Source: Squalus acanthias
Taxonomy: Eukaryota
Direction of reading: 5' to 3'
DNA: 64,000 bases
NCBI GenBank assembly: GCA_030390025.1
Contig: CM059432.1
Coordinates: 66,156,001 to 66,220,000 of the forward strand
The notes under the pieces were generated by a model. The model saw only the letters and a list, made by a program, of their open reading frames with translations. It was not told where the DNA came from and ran no database searches. How positions within the stretch are numbered: the stretch's first letter is position 1; each line of letters starts with the position of its first letter. Of this stretch, positions 37,640-49,219 are shown in pieces. The position numbers were made by a program, and so were the translations under genes.

Positions 37640-37832
37640 GCGGGTAATTTTAAACTAGCCTGCCCAGTGCGAATGAGGATGGTTCAGGTCGGATGCTTGT
37701 TTTACACTCTACTTGATTATACGTTCCATTGACTTCAATGGAGCATAAAATCGGGCAGGGTGTAAAACAGGCTTTTGACCCAAACTCATCCCTTTCTTGC
37801 TGGGTGGGCGAGGTCGAGGTTTAAATTACCCC
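37640..37832. mobile_element. Fold-back MITE
   Basis: Ends GGGTAATTT / AAATTACCC, paired TGTTTTACAC / GTGTAAAACA, and a central CCATTGACTTCAATGG. Confidence 0.7.
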
Positions 37833-38768
37833 ATAGGTTCCACTTGGCTTCTTTCCTGTTAACCTGGACAAAATCAAGAGCTCTCTGCAGTTCCTATTTT
37901 ATTTTAAAATTATAGTATATACTGGATTTTTAAATAGTTTTTGTAGCTGTTATATTAATACAAACTATATAGTGGAAAAAGCACTTCAGACTTAAAAGGA
38001 TCACAATAGATATTATTTTATCTATGTGCATGGAATGGCAATGAAAATTAAAAGGCATGGGAGCCAATTATAATCTGTTGGGTCACTCATGAAAGTTCAG
38101 ACATACTTTGCACAAAACTGCATTTTTTATTTAATCATGGGCACAGCACAGTGACAATGAAACTTTTCTTAAATTAGGTACAAATGCTCTTTGTGCCATC
38201 TACTGCCATCTGGAAAGAATAGAAGCAGGGAACAAGGTGCAATTCCACAGTACCCTTTTCCTAAAATAGCACTCAAATAATTTAAAACATTGCTGTAGGT
38301 CTACTGTTCCATTGCATAGAGTTGGTTTTCTGAAATGTTTAAAAAGATGTAAACCTTTGCAGTTCGGGACTGCTGGTTAAACTGCCACTTAAACAAGCCC
38401 TCAGCATGCCTGGGCTGTGGTCTCCTTCTTCTGCTCTTCCACAAACCAGCAATGGCTGCTAAGCTCATCCTCTGGGCCAGAAAACTCCTTTGTACTAAAT
38501 ATTTGTGTGACTTTTGTGGTGTACTTCAAATCTTCTTGTTCTTTAAGTTGACTGGTGCTAAGTGTGACTGGCATTTAATACTCATTTTTTAGCTTCCAAT
38601 GGTGCAGATAATTTGCATGAGTTCCCTTGATTGGCCTTTAAAAAGCACAGAAAGTTTTTAATTAAATCTTTTTCATTAAGTTTGGTTAATCCATTGTTGG
38701 AGTAGTAGGAACCATCAGAGAATGGACAAATAGTCCATTAACCCAGACAGTCACCAGATTTCAGCATT

Positions 38769-39718
38769 GGGGGTGATTTTGCCAATGGGGGCGCGTTGGA
38801 GGCGGGACTGCTGCTTGTCGGGTTTCAGTCCCGCCTCCATCGACTTGTGGCCAACCCATGCTATTTTCCCTTGATTGATCTTGTTAAGCCCGCCCAGCGG
38901 GCTTAGCAGGCCAATTAAGGGGAAGCCGGTTACAGAGAACATCGGCGTATGACGTTTCATCTGTCAAAAGTGTCGGGTCCCTGATTTGCGAATGGACCCG
39001 ACACCTAGCGGCGGGAAATGGATTAAAGGCAATTACCTGCCTATTAACAGGTACTTGTCAGTAGTGTTCAGTCTGTTTTTTGATTTTCCCGCTTCTGGGT
39101 CATGTTTCCCGATGTCCGGACAACATGCCAGGTAAGTGTGGAGTGTTGTGAGTCTGGTGTAATGTTTGTGAAAAGATGACAGCTGCAGAAGTGGTGTGAA
39201 GGATGCAATGTTGCACATGGTGAGTTTCAGAGCAAAGAAAATGTTGGTTACTGCATTTTTAAAACATATACATATTTCTTTAGCTTACAAGTTTTTAAAT
39301 CTAACTATATGCCCAGTGCCACCTCATTGGGAGAACTTCTCTCACCAGTGACAGATTGCTTCTGTCATCTCACCTGCAGCTGCCATCTATTCCAGCATAT
39401 GGAGGGAGTCATGGAGAGCCTGGGTGCAAGAGTTCACCTTTGTGCAGTGATTTTCAGTGTTTTCAGCACTTCAATGCTGTCAAACACTGAGAAATCAACT
39501 GTCAAAATAAAATTGTGCATGGTCCCTTTAAGGAAACTGGCAGATGACGTGTCATCAAATGACATCATCAGACCCGGTTCTGTTAATTGGCTGGCGGGCT
39601 TAACAAGTTCAATCAAGGGAAAGTCACGTCTGTGGAGCGGAGGCAGCTGGGGGCGGGACCGGAACCCGGAAACCAGCTGACCCGCACCCATCCCGACACC
39701 GAACGCCAAATCGCGGCC
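38769..39718. mobile_element. Harbinger-derived non-autonomous element(s), probably composite
   Basis: 38769-38970 matches the reverse complement of the right end of 30268-30899. About 39310-39718 matches Harb-A 1950-2050 joined to about 7468 onward. The flanks (ATT/AGA) are not a TSD. Confidence 0.7.
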
Positions 39719-41832
39719 AGAGTCTTTGCATCAACTACTCTATCTGGAAAGTCTATTCCACATGTTGATCACTTTTTGGAGGTAAATTTACCTGTTATTG
39801 TTGGGTGAAATAGGAAAACAATGGCGAATTGACTAACCGTTTTATACCCTGCCCGATTTTCTCTTCTATTACCTTCGTGTGAAACAAAATTTCCCTGATA
39901 TCAGTTCTAAAATTGCCTTTTCATAGTCTGAACCTGTGTCAACTTGTTCTACTTCCACACTTAAATTTAAAGTAATACTCAAGGTCAACATTTGGTACAC
40001 TCTTAATGCATACCTCTATAAGACCATCTCTCAGACACCTCGGCTGCGATTTTCCCAACCTGGGCAGGTCCGATGGCATCGGGATCCATGGTGGGCCACG
40101 AGGCCGCTGCTGCCTTCATCCCGCTGCAAAAGAAGACTTTCCCCTAATGGGCCTTGTTAAGCCCGCCCAGTGCGTGACCCGGCCCCAATTAGAAGGGGCA
40201 GGTCTGGTGACATCATCGCTGACGTGTTTGGTGCTTGTGTATTTAAAGGGACCATGGCCACATTGCATTTGAAGCTACATCTAGAATCCTATTCAGGACA
40301 GTTGAGATTTGTAAGGCTACCGTGATGGCTGGAACAAGGCAGAGGGCTGCACCTAGGTTCTCCGATGACTCCCTCCATGTGCTTGTGGAGGGAGTCCAGG
40401 TATGCAGGGAGGTCTTCTTCCAGGACACCAAGAAGGACTGGTTAGAGATTGCCGAGGAAGTTAACAGCAGGGCAGTTGTAAGGAAGACCTGGGTGCAGTG
40501 CCGAAAACGTTTTAATGATCTGAGATCAGGAAAGGTGAGTACAAAGCCACACTCACCTTCAGCCTGCTGTGCCTCTCGTCACATCCCCATCACTCTGCCT
40601 TCCCAGCCTGACTCCTGCACATCCTTCCTCAAATCAACATACCTTGCACCTCCACCCATCCCTCTCTCTCTATGTACATTATCACATCCCCATCTCACTA
40701 GCCACCCCTCACACTCACCCTTATCCTAGTGCAATCATGCCAACTAATAACACGCAAGGAGGCCACTTGGTATTGCCACCCCACTCCCTCATAGTCACAC
40801 TCTACACATGTAACCCTTCCAGTTCTTGCACTCATTCCATCACTCTCACTCAACCTTTTCTTCTTTCCCTCCTTGCAGGAGAAGAGAGCCCGTAATAACA
40901 GAGAGACACAAAGAACGGGAGGAGGCCCTTCACAATTGGACACATTAACAAGTGCAGAGGAGAATGCCCTGGAGGTCTCAGGAGCGGGGGGAACAGATGG
41001 ACGTGGGGGATGGAGAGAGGGGCTCAACACAACAACCTGGTGACAGAATCAGTTTCCATTCAGCTACATGGCATTCATCACTCACTCATATGGGGGTTGA
41101 TATCAGGAGACATTGCATGCTCATGATGTGCATAATGGTATCTGTATGCAATGTACATAGATATATCTAACTGGTCTCTTTACTCTCCCACAGGTCCATC
41201 AAGAGCCCCTCCCCACTTTCGAGACCCAAGAAGAGGATGACTCATCAAAGGAGCCTCCAGCCTCTCAGGGCGCAGCGGCACCAGAAACAAGTGCACCCCA
41301 GCACCAGCACAGATATGCACACCTCGGTGGGTCCATCGCGAGATAGAGTAATGTCATCTGGTGTCTCACACAGCACAAGTGAGTAACAACAGATGGTGGA
41401 GACAGCGAGAGCAGTGTAAACTCCTCATCGGAGGGTGCAGGACTCTCCCAGCTCTGCTCAGCTGCATGCATACGCTGAGCCTCGGAGGCCATCCACAAAG
41501 AGGGTGATCCTGGAGCTCCAGGAACAAGTGCAGGAGGCTCTGATAGGTTTGCAACCATGGTGACTGCGAGTGTTCAGAGAATGGAGGAGTCCATCTCCAA
41601 CATGACCACCACCGTGGCGCACGCACTCGCGACTGTAGGTTGGATAGGATGGCCACCTTCATGGAGGACCTAATGCACCAGTCGCAGGAGCACATGGTGC
41701 CAATGCAAAATAGATTGTCATCTATGGAGGATAGATGGCTATCTATGGAACATAGATGGGCATCTATGGAGGAGAACAGAAAATGCTGGAAGCACTCAAC
41801 AGGCCAGGCAGCATCTGTGGAGAGAGAAACAG

Positions 41833-41869
41833 AGTTAACGTTTCAGGTCTGGGACCCTTCATCAGAACT
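41833..41869 (-). ncRNA. Minimal type-I hammerhead ribozyme motif (Penelope left arm)
   Basis: The reverse complement is AGTT-CTGATGA-A-GGGTC-CCA-GACCT-GAAA-CGTT-AACT. Confidence 0.7.
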
Positions 41870-42043
41870 GGAAAAGGCTAGAGATGTAACAGATTTTAAG
41901 CAGGTGTAGAGGCAGGGAAAGGGGGAGGAGAGGGGAGGAAGGAACTGAAGGAATATTCTGTGCTAGTGTAGGAGGCAGGAGAGATTAAATGTTGCAAATG
42001 AGGATGGCAGAATCATAAACAGCCTGAAAAATGGGGGCAGGGG

Positions 42044-43126
42044 TTATAGCCTGAAATTGTTGAACTCAATGTTGAGTCCAGAAGGCTGTAAAGTGCCTAA
42101 TCGAAAGATGAGGTGCTGTTCCTCGAGCTTACGTTGAGCTTCATTGGAACAGTGTAAGAGGCCGAGGACAGAGAGATCAGAGTGGGAGTGGAGCGGAGAA
42201 TTAAAGTGACAGGCGACCGGAAGCTCGGGGTCACCCTTACGGACTGAATGGAGGTGTTCCGCAAAGCAGTCGCCCAATCTGCGTTTGGTCTCCCCAATGT
42301 AAAGGAGACCGCATCGTGAGCAGCGAATACAGTATACTAAGTTGCAAGAAGTACAAGTAAATCGCTGTTTCACCTGGAAGGGGTGTTTGGGGCCCTGGAC
42401 AATGGGAAGGGAGGAGGTAAAAGGGCAGATGTTGCATCTCCTGTGCTTGCACGGGAAGGTGCCGGGCGAAGGGGGAGGGTTGTTGGTGGTGATTGAGGAG
42501 TGGACCAGGGTGTCGCGGAGGGAGCGGTCACTTCGGAATGCTGAAAGGGGACGTGAGGGGAAGATGCGTTTGGTGGTGGGATCACGTTGGAGGTGGCGGA
42601 AATGGAGGAGGATGATCCGTTGAATATGGAGGCTGGTGGGGTGAAAGGTGAGGACAAGGGGAACCCTATCATGGTTCTGGGAGGGAGAGGAAGGGGTGAG
42701 AGCAGAAGTGCGGGAAATGGAATGGACATGATCAAGGGCCATGTCAACCACAGTAGAGGGGAATCCTCGGTTGAGGAAAAAGGAAGACATGTCGGAAGCA
42801 CTGGTATGGAAGGTGGCATCGTCAGAGCAGATGCGGTGGAGATGGAGAAACTGGGTGAATGGAATAGAGTCCTTACAGGAAGTGGGGTGGGAGGAAGTGT
42901 AATCCAGGTAGCTGTGGGAGTCAGTGGGCTTGTAGTGGATGTTTGTCGATAGCCTATCACCAGAAATGGAAACAGAGAAGTCAAGGAAGGGAAGAGAAGA
43001 GTCGGAGATGGACCATGTGAAGGTGAGGGAAGGGTGGAAATTGGAAGTAAAGTGAATGAAATTATCTAATTCAGGGCGAGAGCAGGAAACGGCACCGATA
43101 CAGTCATCGATGTACCGGAGAAAGAG
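42044..43126 (-). pseudogene. 5'-truncated Penelope RT/GIY-YIG ORF, about 360 uninterrupted codons
   Basis: RYIDD, LPFLD, KPTDSHSYL, CKHRRCNIC, LVYCIRC..LYIGETKRRL..EH and PSGLNIEF. Confidence 0.92.
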
Positions 43127-44254
43127 GACTCTTCCCTTCCATTCCCTTCCTTGACTTCTCTGTCTCCATTTCTGGCGATAGGCTATCGACAAACATCCAC
43201 CACAAGCCCACTGACTCCCACAGCTACCTGGACTACACTTCCTCCCACCCCGCTTCCTGTAAGGACTCTATTCCATTCTCCCAGTTTCTCCATCACCTCC
43301 GCATCTGTTCTGACGATGGCACCTTCCATACCAGTGCTTCCGACGTCTTCCTTTTTCCTCAACCGAGGATTCCCCTCTACTGTGGTTGCCATGGCCCTTG
43401 ACTGTGTCCGTTCCAATTCCTGCACTCCTGCTCTCACCCCTTCCCCACCCTCCCGGAACCACGATAGAGTTCCCCTTGTCCTCACCTTTCACCCCACCAG
43501 CCTCCATATTCAACGGATCATCCTCCGCCATTTCCGCCACCTCCAATGTGATCCCACCACCAAACGCATCTTCCCCTCACGTCCCCTTTCAGCATTCCGA
43601 AGAGACCGCTCCCTCCGCAATACCCTGGTCCACTCCTCAATCACCCCCAACAGCCCTCCTCCTTCGCCCGGCACCTTCCTGTGCAAGCGCAGGAGATGCA
43701 ACACATGCCCTTTTACCGCCTCCCTTCCCATTGTCCAGGGCCCCAAACACCTCTTCCAGGTGAAACAGCAATTTACTTGCAATTTAGTATACTGTATTCA
43801 CTGCTCACGGTGAGGTCTCCTCTACATTGGGGAGACCAAACGCAGATTGGGCGACCGCTTTGCGGAACACCTCCATTCAGTCCGTAAGGGTGACCCCGAG
43901 CTTCCGGTCGCCTGTCACTTTAATTCTCCGCTCCACTCCCACTCTGATCTCTCTGTCCTCGGCCTCTTACACTGTTCCAATGAAGCTCAACGTAAGCTCG
44001 AGGAACAGCACCTCATCTTTCGATTAGGCACTTTACAGCCTTCTGGACTCAACATTGAGTTCAACAATTTCAGGCTATAACCCCTGCCCCCGTTTTTCAG
44101 GCTGTTTATGATTCTGCCATCCCCATTTGCAACATTTAATCTCTCCTGCCTCCTACACTAGCACAGAATATTCCTTCAGTTCCTTCCTCCCCTCCCCTCC
44201 CCCTTTCCCTGCCACTGCACCTGCTTAAAATCTGTTACTTCTCCAGCCTTTTCC

Positions 44255-44291
44255 AGTTCTGATGAAGGGTCCCAGACCTGAAACGTTAACT
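44255..44291 (+). ncRNA. Minimal type-I hammerhead ribozyme motif (Penelope right arm)
   Basis: AGTT-CTGATGA-A-GGGTC-CCA-GACCT-GAAA-CGTT-AACT has core boxes CUGAUGA and GAAA, stem I AGTT/AACT, stem II, and a palindromic AACGTT in place of stem III. Confidence 0.7.
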
Positions 44292-45479
44292 CTGTTTCTT
44301 CTCCACGGATGCTGCCTGGCCTGCTGAGTGTTTCCAGCATTTTCTGTTATTATTTCAGATTTCCAGCATCCACAGTATTTTGCTATTGTGTTTATGGAGG
44401 AGAGATGGCTATCTATGGAGGATAGAAGCCAGAGGCTCATAGATGTCCTTTCTAAGAGGGATGTCAGGGTACATGTGGGTTCTCATGGCCCCACTGATGT
44501 GCAGCAAGGTGCTCTCCAGCTTCTTGCTAGCAGGGAAGTGCAGCTGGCCCATGAGAGGGATGATGGTGGGAGGGGTCATGGAAGTGGAGGCTCCTCTTCA
44601 AGCGCTCGCACATCTTCCCCTCTGCCAAACCCTCGCTCAGAGCCCCAGATGCGACCCCGGACAGCGATAGCCGAGTCTGCCCCTGCACATTTGCAGGCGG
44701 AGCAGACTTTGGCGGGGACATCACAAGCTCCAAAACCCAATGGATGACTGCCAAAGGCATTTAAGCAGGCGCAGCAGGGAAGTGAGGAGGCTGCCTCCAC
44801 CTCTGCTGAAGCCACAGGGGTAGCACTTCGTAGAAGCACCCAGAAAAGAAAGAAGCCTCACAAGTAATTTCACAAGGGTATTCACTTGGGTGTTTTGAAC
44901 AAGATAATGTCCAGTTTGTCTTGATTTCATTTGTTGTATCAAGTTAATTATTTTGGAGACATTTGTATGCACAATAGGAGGTGGCTTAGTTAGCTAGAGT
45001 GAAGTGTCAGACCTAACGGTTCCTCCAGCAATGGTGCTGACTGTGAAAGGAATGGATTGATAAATGCAGGGATGCTTTCTGGTGTGGCTGCAACCTGGCG
45101 AGGCAGGTGGCAGCCATATGGGTGTAATGAGTCAGCTGATTCAATGGCCACTCAACTTCCACCTCAGATTAACAGACGGGGTCCAGGAGCAGCGTGGAAG
45201 CTGTGGGCAACCTGCTAAAGTCAAAAGGTAAGGTTAAATTGACTCTTAAGAGCTTGTCAACGAGCCAATTATTGTTTAAATTAGGTCCCCCGCCGCTGCA
45301 GTTCGGGTCTGCTCAGCGCTGGCAGGTCCGACATTGGGAAAGTCCAGTGTGCACGATTTGACAGTGGGTTCCCGACCCGCTGTCAATCATTTTAAATTTA
45401 ACAGCTGACCCGCCACCCATCCCATCCGCTGAGCGCCGGCAAAATTCCGGCCCTCCTTTCATCACCATCATCATCATCA

Positions 45480-46102
45480 TCAACGGCAACAATGACAATG
45501 ATAATAACAACATGCATTTATAGAGTGCCTTTAAGATAGAAAAATGTGCCAAGGCACTTCACAGAGGCATAATCAGATAAAAATGGACAGCAAGCCAAAG
45601 AAGGAGATATTAGGCGGAGTCAAAAGCTTGGTCAAAGAGGTGGCTTTTAAAGAGGGTCTTAACGGAGGGCAGGAAGATGGAGAAACAGAGAGATTTAGGG
45701 AGGGAATTCCACAGCGTGGTGTCTAGATAATGATGTCACAGCCACCAAAGGTGGTGCCTGGCGTGGGGCGGGGGGGGGGAGCGGGGGGCATGCGGGGGAG
45801 ATGCACAAGAAGCCAGTCAGAGGAACAGGAAGTTCTGGAGAGGTTGTAGGGCTGGTTGATGTTACGGAGATAGGGAGGGAAAGGCTATGAAAGGATTTAA
45901 ACACGAGGATGAGTCTATGATCATTTTAAATTGGAGGAGTTGGGGGACCAGGGGCCATTGTAAGTCTTCAAGAACAGGAGTAATAGATGAATGGGACTTG
46001 GTGCGGAATAGGATACGAACAGCAGAGTTTTGGATAAAGCTGAAGTTTATGGAGTGCGGAGGACATTGGCCGGCTCGGAGAGCATTGTAATAGTCAAGTC
46101 TT
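45480..46102 (-). mobile_element. L2 3' fragment
   Basis: RLDYYNAL..QNSAVRILFRTKSHSSITPVL, with a degenerate (CAA/CAT)n tail at about 45460-45512. Confidence 0.85.
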
Positions 46103-46197
46103 GGGATATCTTTGTTTGGGGAGGGTATATTGCTCACATCTTCCCTTGTGAACGCTTGGAGGTAATAGTTATTTAGAATATTTACTATTTTGTGCTT

Positions 46198-46736
46198 ATT
46201 CTGGCCGGTCTCCCATCTTCCACCCTCCATAAACTTGAGCTCATCCAAATCTCTGCTGCCCGTATCTTAATTCGCACCAAGTCTCGTTCACCCATCACTC
46301 ATGCTCACTGACCTACATTAGCTCCCGGTCCGGCAACACCTCGATTTTAAAATTCTCATCCTTGTTTTCAAACCCCACCATGGCCTCACCCCTCCCTATA
46401 TCTGTAACATCCTCCAGCCCTACAATCCTCTGAGATCTCTGCGCTCCACCAATTCTGGCCTCTTGCGCATTGGCGGCCGTGCCTTCAGCTGCCTAGGGCA
46501 AAAGCTCTGGAATTTCCTCCCTAAACCGCTCCGCCTCTCTAACTCTCTCTCCTCCTTTAAGATAGTCCTTATAACCTACCTCTTTGACCAAGCTTTTGGT
46601 CACCTGTGCTAATATCTCTTTATGTGGCTTGGTGTCAAATTTTGTTTGATTACGCTCCTGTGAAGTGCCTTGGAACGTTTGGCTATGTTAAAGGTACTAT
46701 ATAAATGTAAGTTGTTGTTGTTGTTGTTGTTGTTGA
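46198..46736 (+). mobile_element. L2 3' fragment
   Basis: Collinear with the reverse complement of 14456-15010, with a (GTT)n tail at 46711-46736. Confidence 0.88.
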
Positions 46737-48589
46737 TATCCTAAGTTTCAAGCCCTTTTCTTTACCTTAGTTGTTTCACTCCACTGGTTTTATTTTCTGA
46801 CCCAGAAGCTCCATTCCATGCTATGTCGTTTCAAAAGCTTTGGAGCATTTAATTTATTGTGGAGTGGGGTTCTAATGGTGATACCTCAATCCTAGATATA
46901 AAGTTTAGTAGTCCTCGCTGTCCTTCAGCCTCGACGTATTAGGATTAGTAATTCTGGATCACAGCAGCTCTTCAAGGTCACAACCATGCCTACTTGCGTT
47001 TAGCTAAGATCTTACAAAATTCATCATAATTGGACTGATAGGCTTAAGTGTCATTGTATTACCTTTTAACACTTATTAGTGTAACCTGGCTGGAGAAGAA
47101 CTAAAGGCTGATTGAAATCTGATGGCTTTTAAATTTATGGTTTAAGTGAAACTAATCACGACCAGAAAATTACTTAGAAGTGTAAAAAAAATCTAAAAGC
47201 TTTAAGTACATTGATGGAATGTTGTGTAGTTATTTATCATCGTTCTTCACACATGTGATAGGCTGACACTGTGTGCAGCTTTGGGTACCATTATAGCAGT
47301 TACTGATGATAAACCTAAAGAGCTAACACTAGTACTGGAATCTGTCTTCTACTAGAATCACTCCATTTCAACCTTTAATAATCACCTAATATTTAAACTG
47401 ATATTGCTTTCACATTCTAATGGATCAAGTGGAGTCTTGTTAACTTTCACGGAGCACATTAATTGGTAGCATTGCTGAGAATATAATGAAGTCCCTGTGT
47501 CAGTAACAGGTGCCCACATCCTTGAGACTAGTGTACATGTATAGAATACTGAACAACGAGGGGAAAGTGATGCTGCTTGATACACTTGGAGAAACTAAAC
47601 CCTGTGACTGGATGTTAATGAGATTCCCCATGAGTGGTACTCATCACACTAAACATATTTCCAGAACAATTGCACATGCCCTTGGGTCTTCTACAATAAA
47701 TTGTCTTGGGCCTACCGAATATACTGCAAACCATTACATTAAAACAGGATAACCCTTACTTTCAAAGATCAAAACTGAGATTTCAAAGTAAAATATTAGC
47801 TTGGACCTCATTTTTTTAGTAAGAAACTAACTACTAGAGTGAACTGACTATTCACAATCAGATAATCAATTTTTATTACTAGCTCCTATCCCATGAGAAC
47901 AAAAAGATCTTTTTAACTGGATTATATAAGTTTATTTACAACAGCATTTCTTGTCAGCTGCATTTAGCACTACAATGTGATGTCTGTAAACACTACAGAA
48001 CAGACAGGTCTTACAGAAATCTTTTCTGAATGGGATTTTTTGGAAGAAGATACAGACTTCCTGAGCCAGCCAAGAGCAGAATACAAGAATGATTTTCCTC
48101 ATCAACAGTAAAGCAGTAGGCAAAAAAAATTAAAATGGTCTTCAGAGACTAGCACAGGGATGTGTCATAATGATCTCCAAGACAGAAGGACTACACTACA
48201 ATGTAAGAGACCAGGAACGATGGAGAAATTTCATGGAATAGCCAGCAAGGGTTAAGAGATACAACTATTATGATTGGTCTAATGAAAGTTCAGTACTAAT
48301 TTTGCAATTGAGGAATCAGCTTCAGAAGATACAAATGTGGCAGCCAGAGATTTAAACATAATAGGTGCAGGCTGAACAATCACATGCTTATGAGGAGGGA
48401 GAAGTACTCCTGGCCTTCTGTCAAATTTTCCTGCTGGAGTGCTTAGACTTCCCTTACATTTGCTGCCCCTTCTGCGGGCACTAGGCCCTCCCAGGGTACA
48501 GCCCTGCACCAGGAGTGACCCTGAACAATTTTAACAGCCCAGGACAGGAAATCCTGCACTTTGGATGCTCTGCACCTGTCCAGAACAAG

Positions 48590-49120
48590 AGCTGAGGAGA
48601 GAGCAGAAAAATGTTGCTGAGGGACAACATATAGATGAGGAATAGGAGGTATCTAAGGAACCTTGGGACACACTGTAAGTGACTATGCCTGTACCGAAGG
48701 AGAAACCATTGTAGGAGATGAACTACCTAAGTTGTGAATAGTAGGACTGGAACCACGAGAGGGAAGTATCATGGAAGTCGACCAAGGAGGAGAGTTGGTG
48801 GAGGAGGATGCTGTGGTTCATCATGTCCAAAGCCACAAAGAGGTTGAGAAGGACCAGGAGGGATAACACACCATGATCAGTGTCAGTGGTGGCTTTGACT
48901 TAGGCATTCTCGGAATATAAGCCAGACCAAAGAAATTCAGAGTGGTGGGCAAGGAGTTGGGTGGCACTGACATATTCCAGAACCTTGGAGAGGAAAGGGA
49001 GGATGGATGTAGGCCAATGGTTGCAGAGAACGGAGGGATTGCTGGTAAGCTTTTTAAATAGTAGGGTGTTTATAGCAGTTTTGAAAGGGGGAACGGAGCA
49101 ATGTCTGAGGAGAGTGACCC
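48590..49120 (-). mobile_element. Old L2 RT fragment
   Basis: Degenerate similarity to 15470-15800 and 62545-62940. Confidence 0.55.
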
Positions 49121-49219
49121 ATTGGTCAAAGTGGGTAACTACACTTCAAAAGTACAAGTGTTTTGGGACATCCTGAGGTCATAAAAGGCACATAAAATAC
49201 AAGTTCTTTCTTTTCTTTA

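Larger units (their letters stand above)
41776..44392. mobile_element. Penelope-like retroelement as a head-to-head inverted pair (41776-43126 minus; 43127-44392 plus)
   Basis: Mirror-image arms encoding the RT C-terminus and GIY-YIG. An 11-bp TSD TATGGAGGAGA is at 41765-41775 and 44393-44403. Confidence 0.93.
41718..44428 (+). repeat. 21-bp coding tandem repeat (heptad SMEDRWL) split by the Penelope insertion
   Basis: TCTATGGAGGATAGATGGCTA-like units at about 41720-41775 and 44393-44428. Confidence 0.8.
40325..44867 (+). pseudogene. Three-exon Harbinger Myb/SANT gene (40325-40534, 40879-41039, 41194-44867, exon 3 split by Penelope)
   Basis: MAGTRQRAAPRFSDDSLHVLVEGV..DWLEIAEEV..QCRKRFNDL. 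Splice sites AAG|GTGAGT, CCTTGCAG|, CTG|GTGACA and CCCACAG|. Ends in a basic tail RRSTQKRKKPHK*. Confidence 0.85.
40042..45452. mobile_element. Non-autonomous Harbinger (Harb-C) retaining only the Myb gene; Penelope palindrome nested inside
   Basis: TIRs GGCTGCGATTTT / AAAATTCCGGCC and a CTC TSD (40039-40041 and 45453-45455). Confidence 0.88.

Noticed and set aside
38340..38560. Possible minus-strand coding exon
   Set aside because: The open frames are short, with no recognisable homology and weak splice signals.
41718..41775. CRISPR-like array
   Set aside because: It is a contiguous 21-bp tandem repeat without spacers, in eukaryotic DNA with no cas genes.
43127..43192. N-terminus of the 382-aa ORF as a real start
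   Set aside because: These codons are antisense read-through from the opposite palindrome arm.
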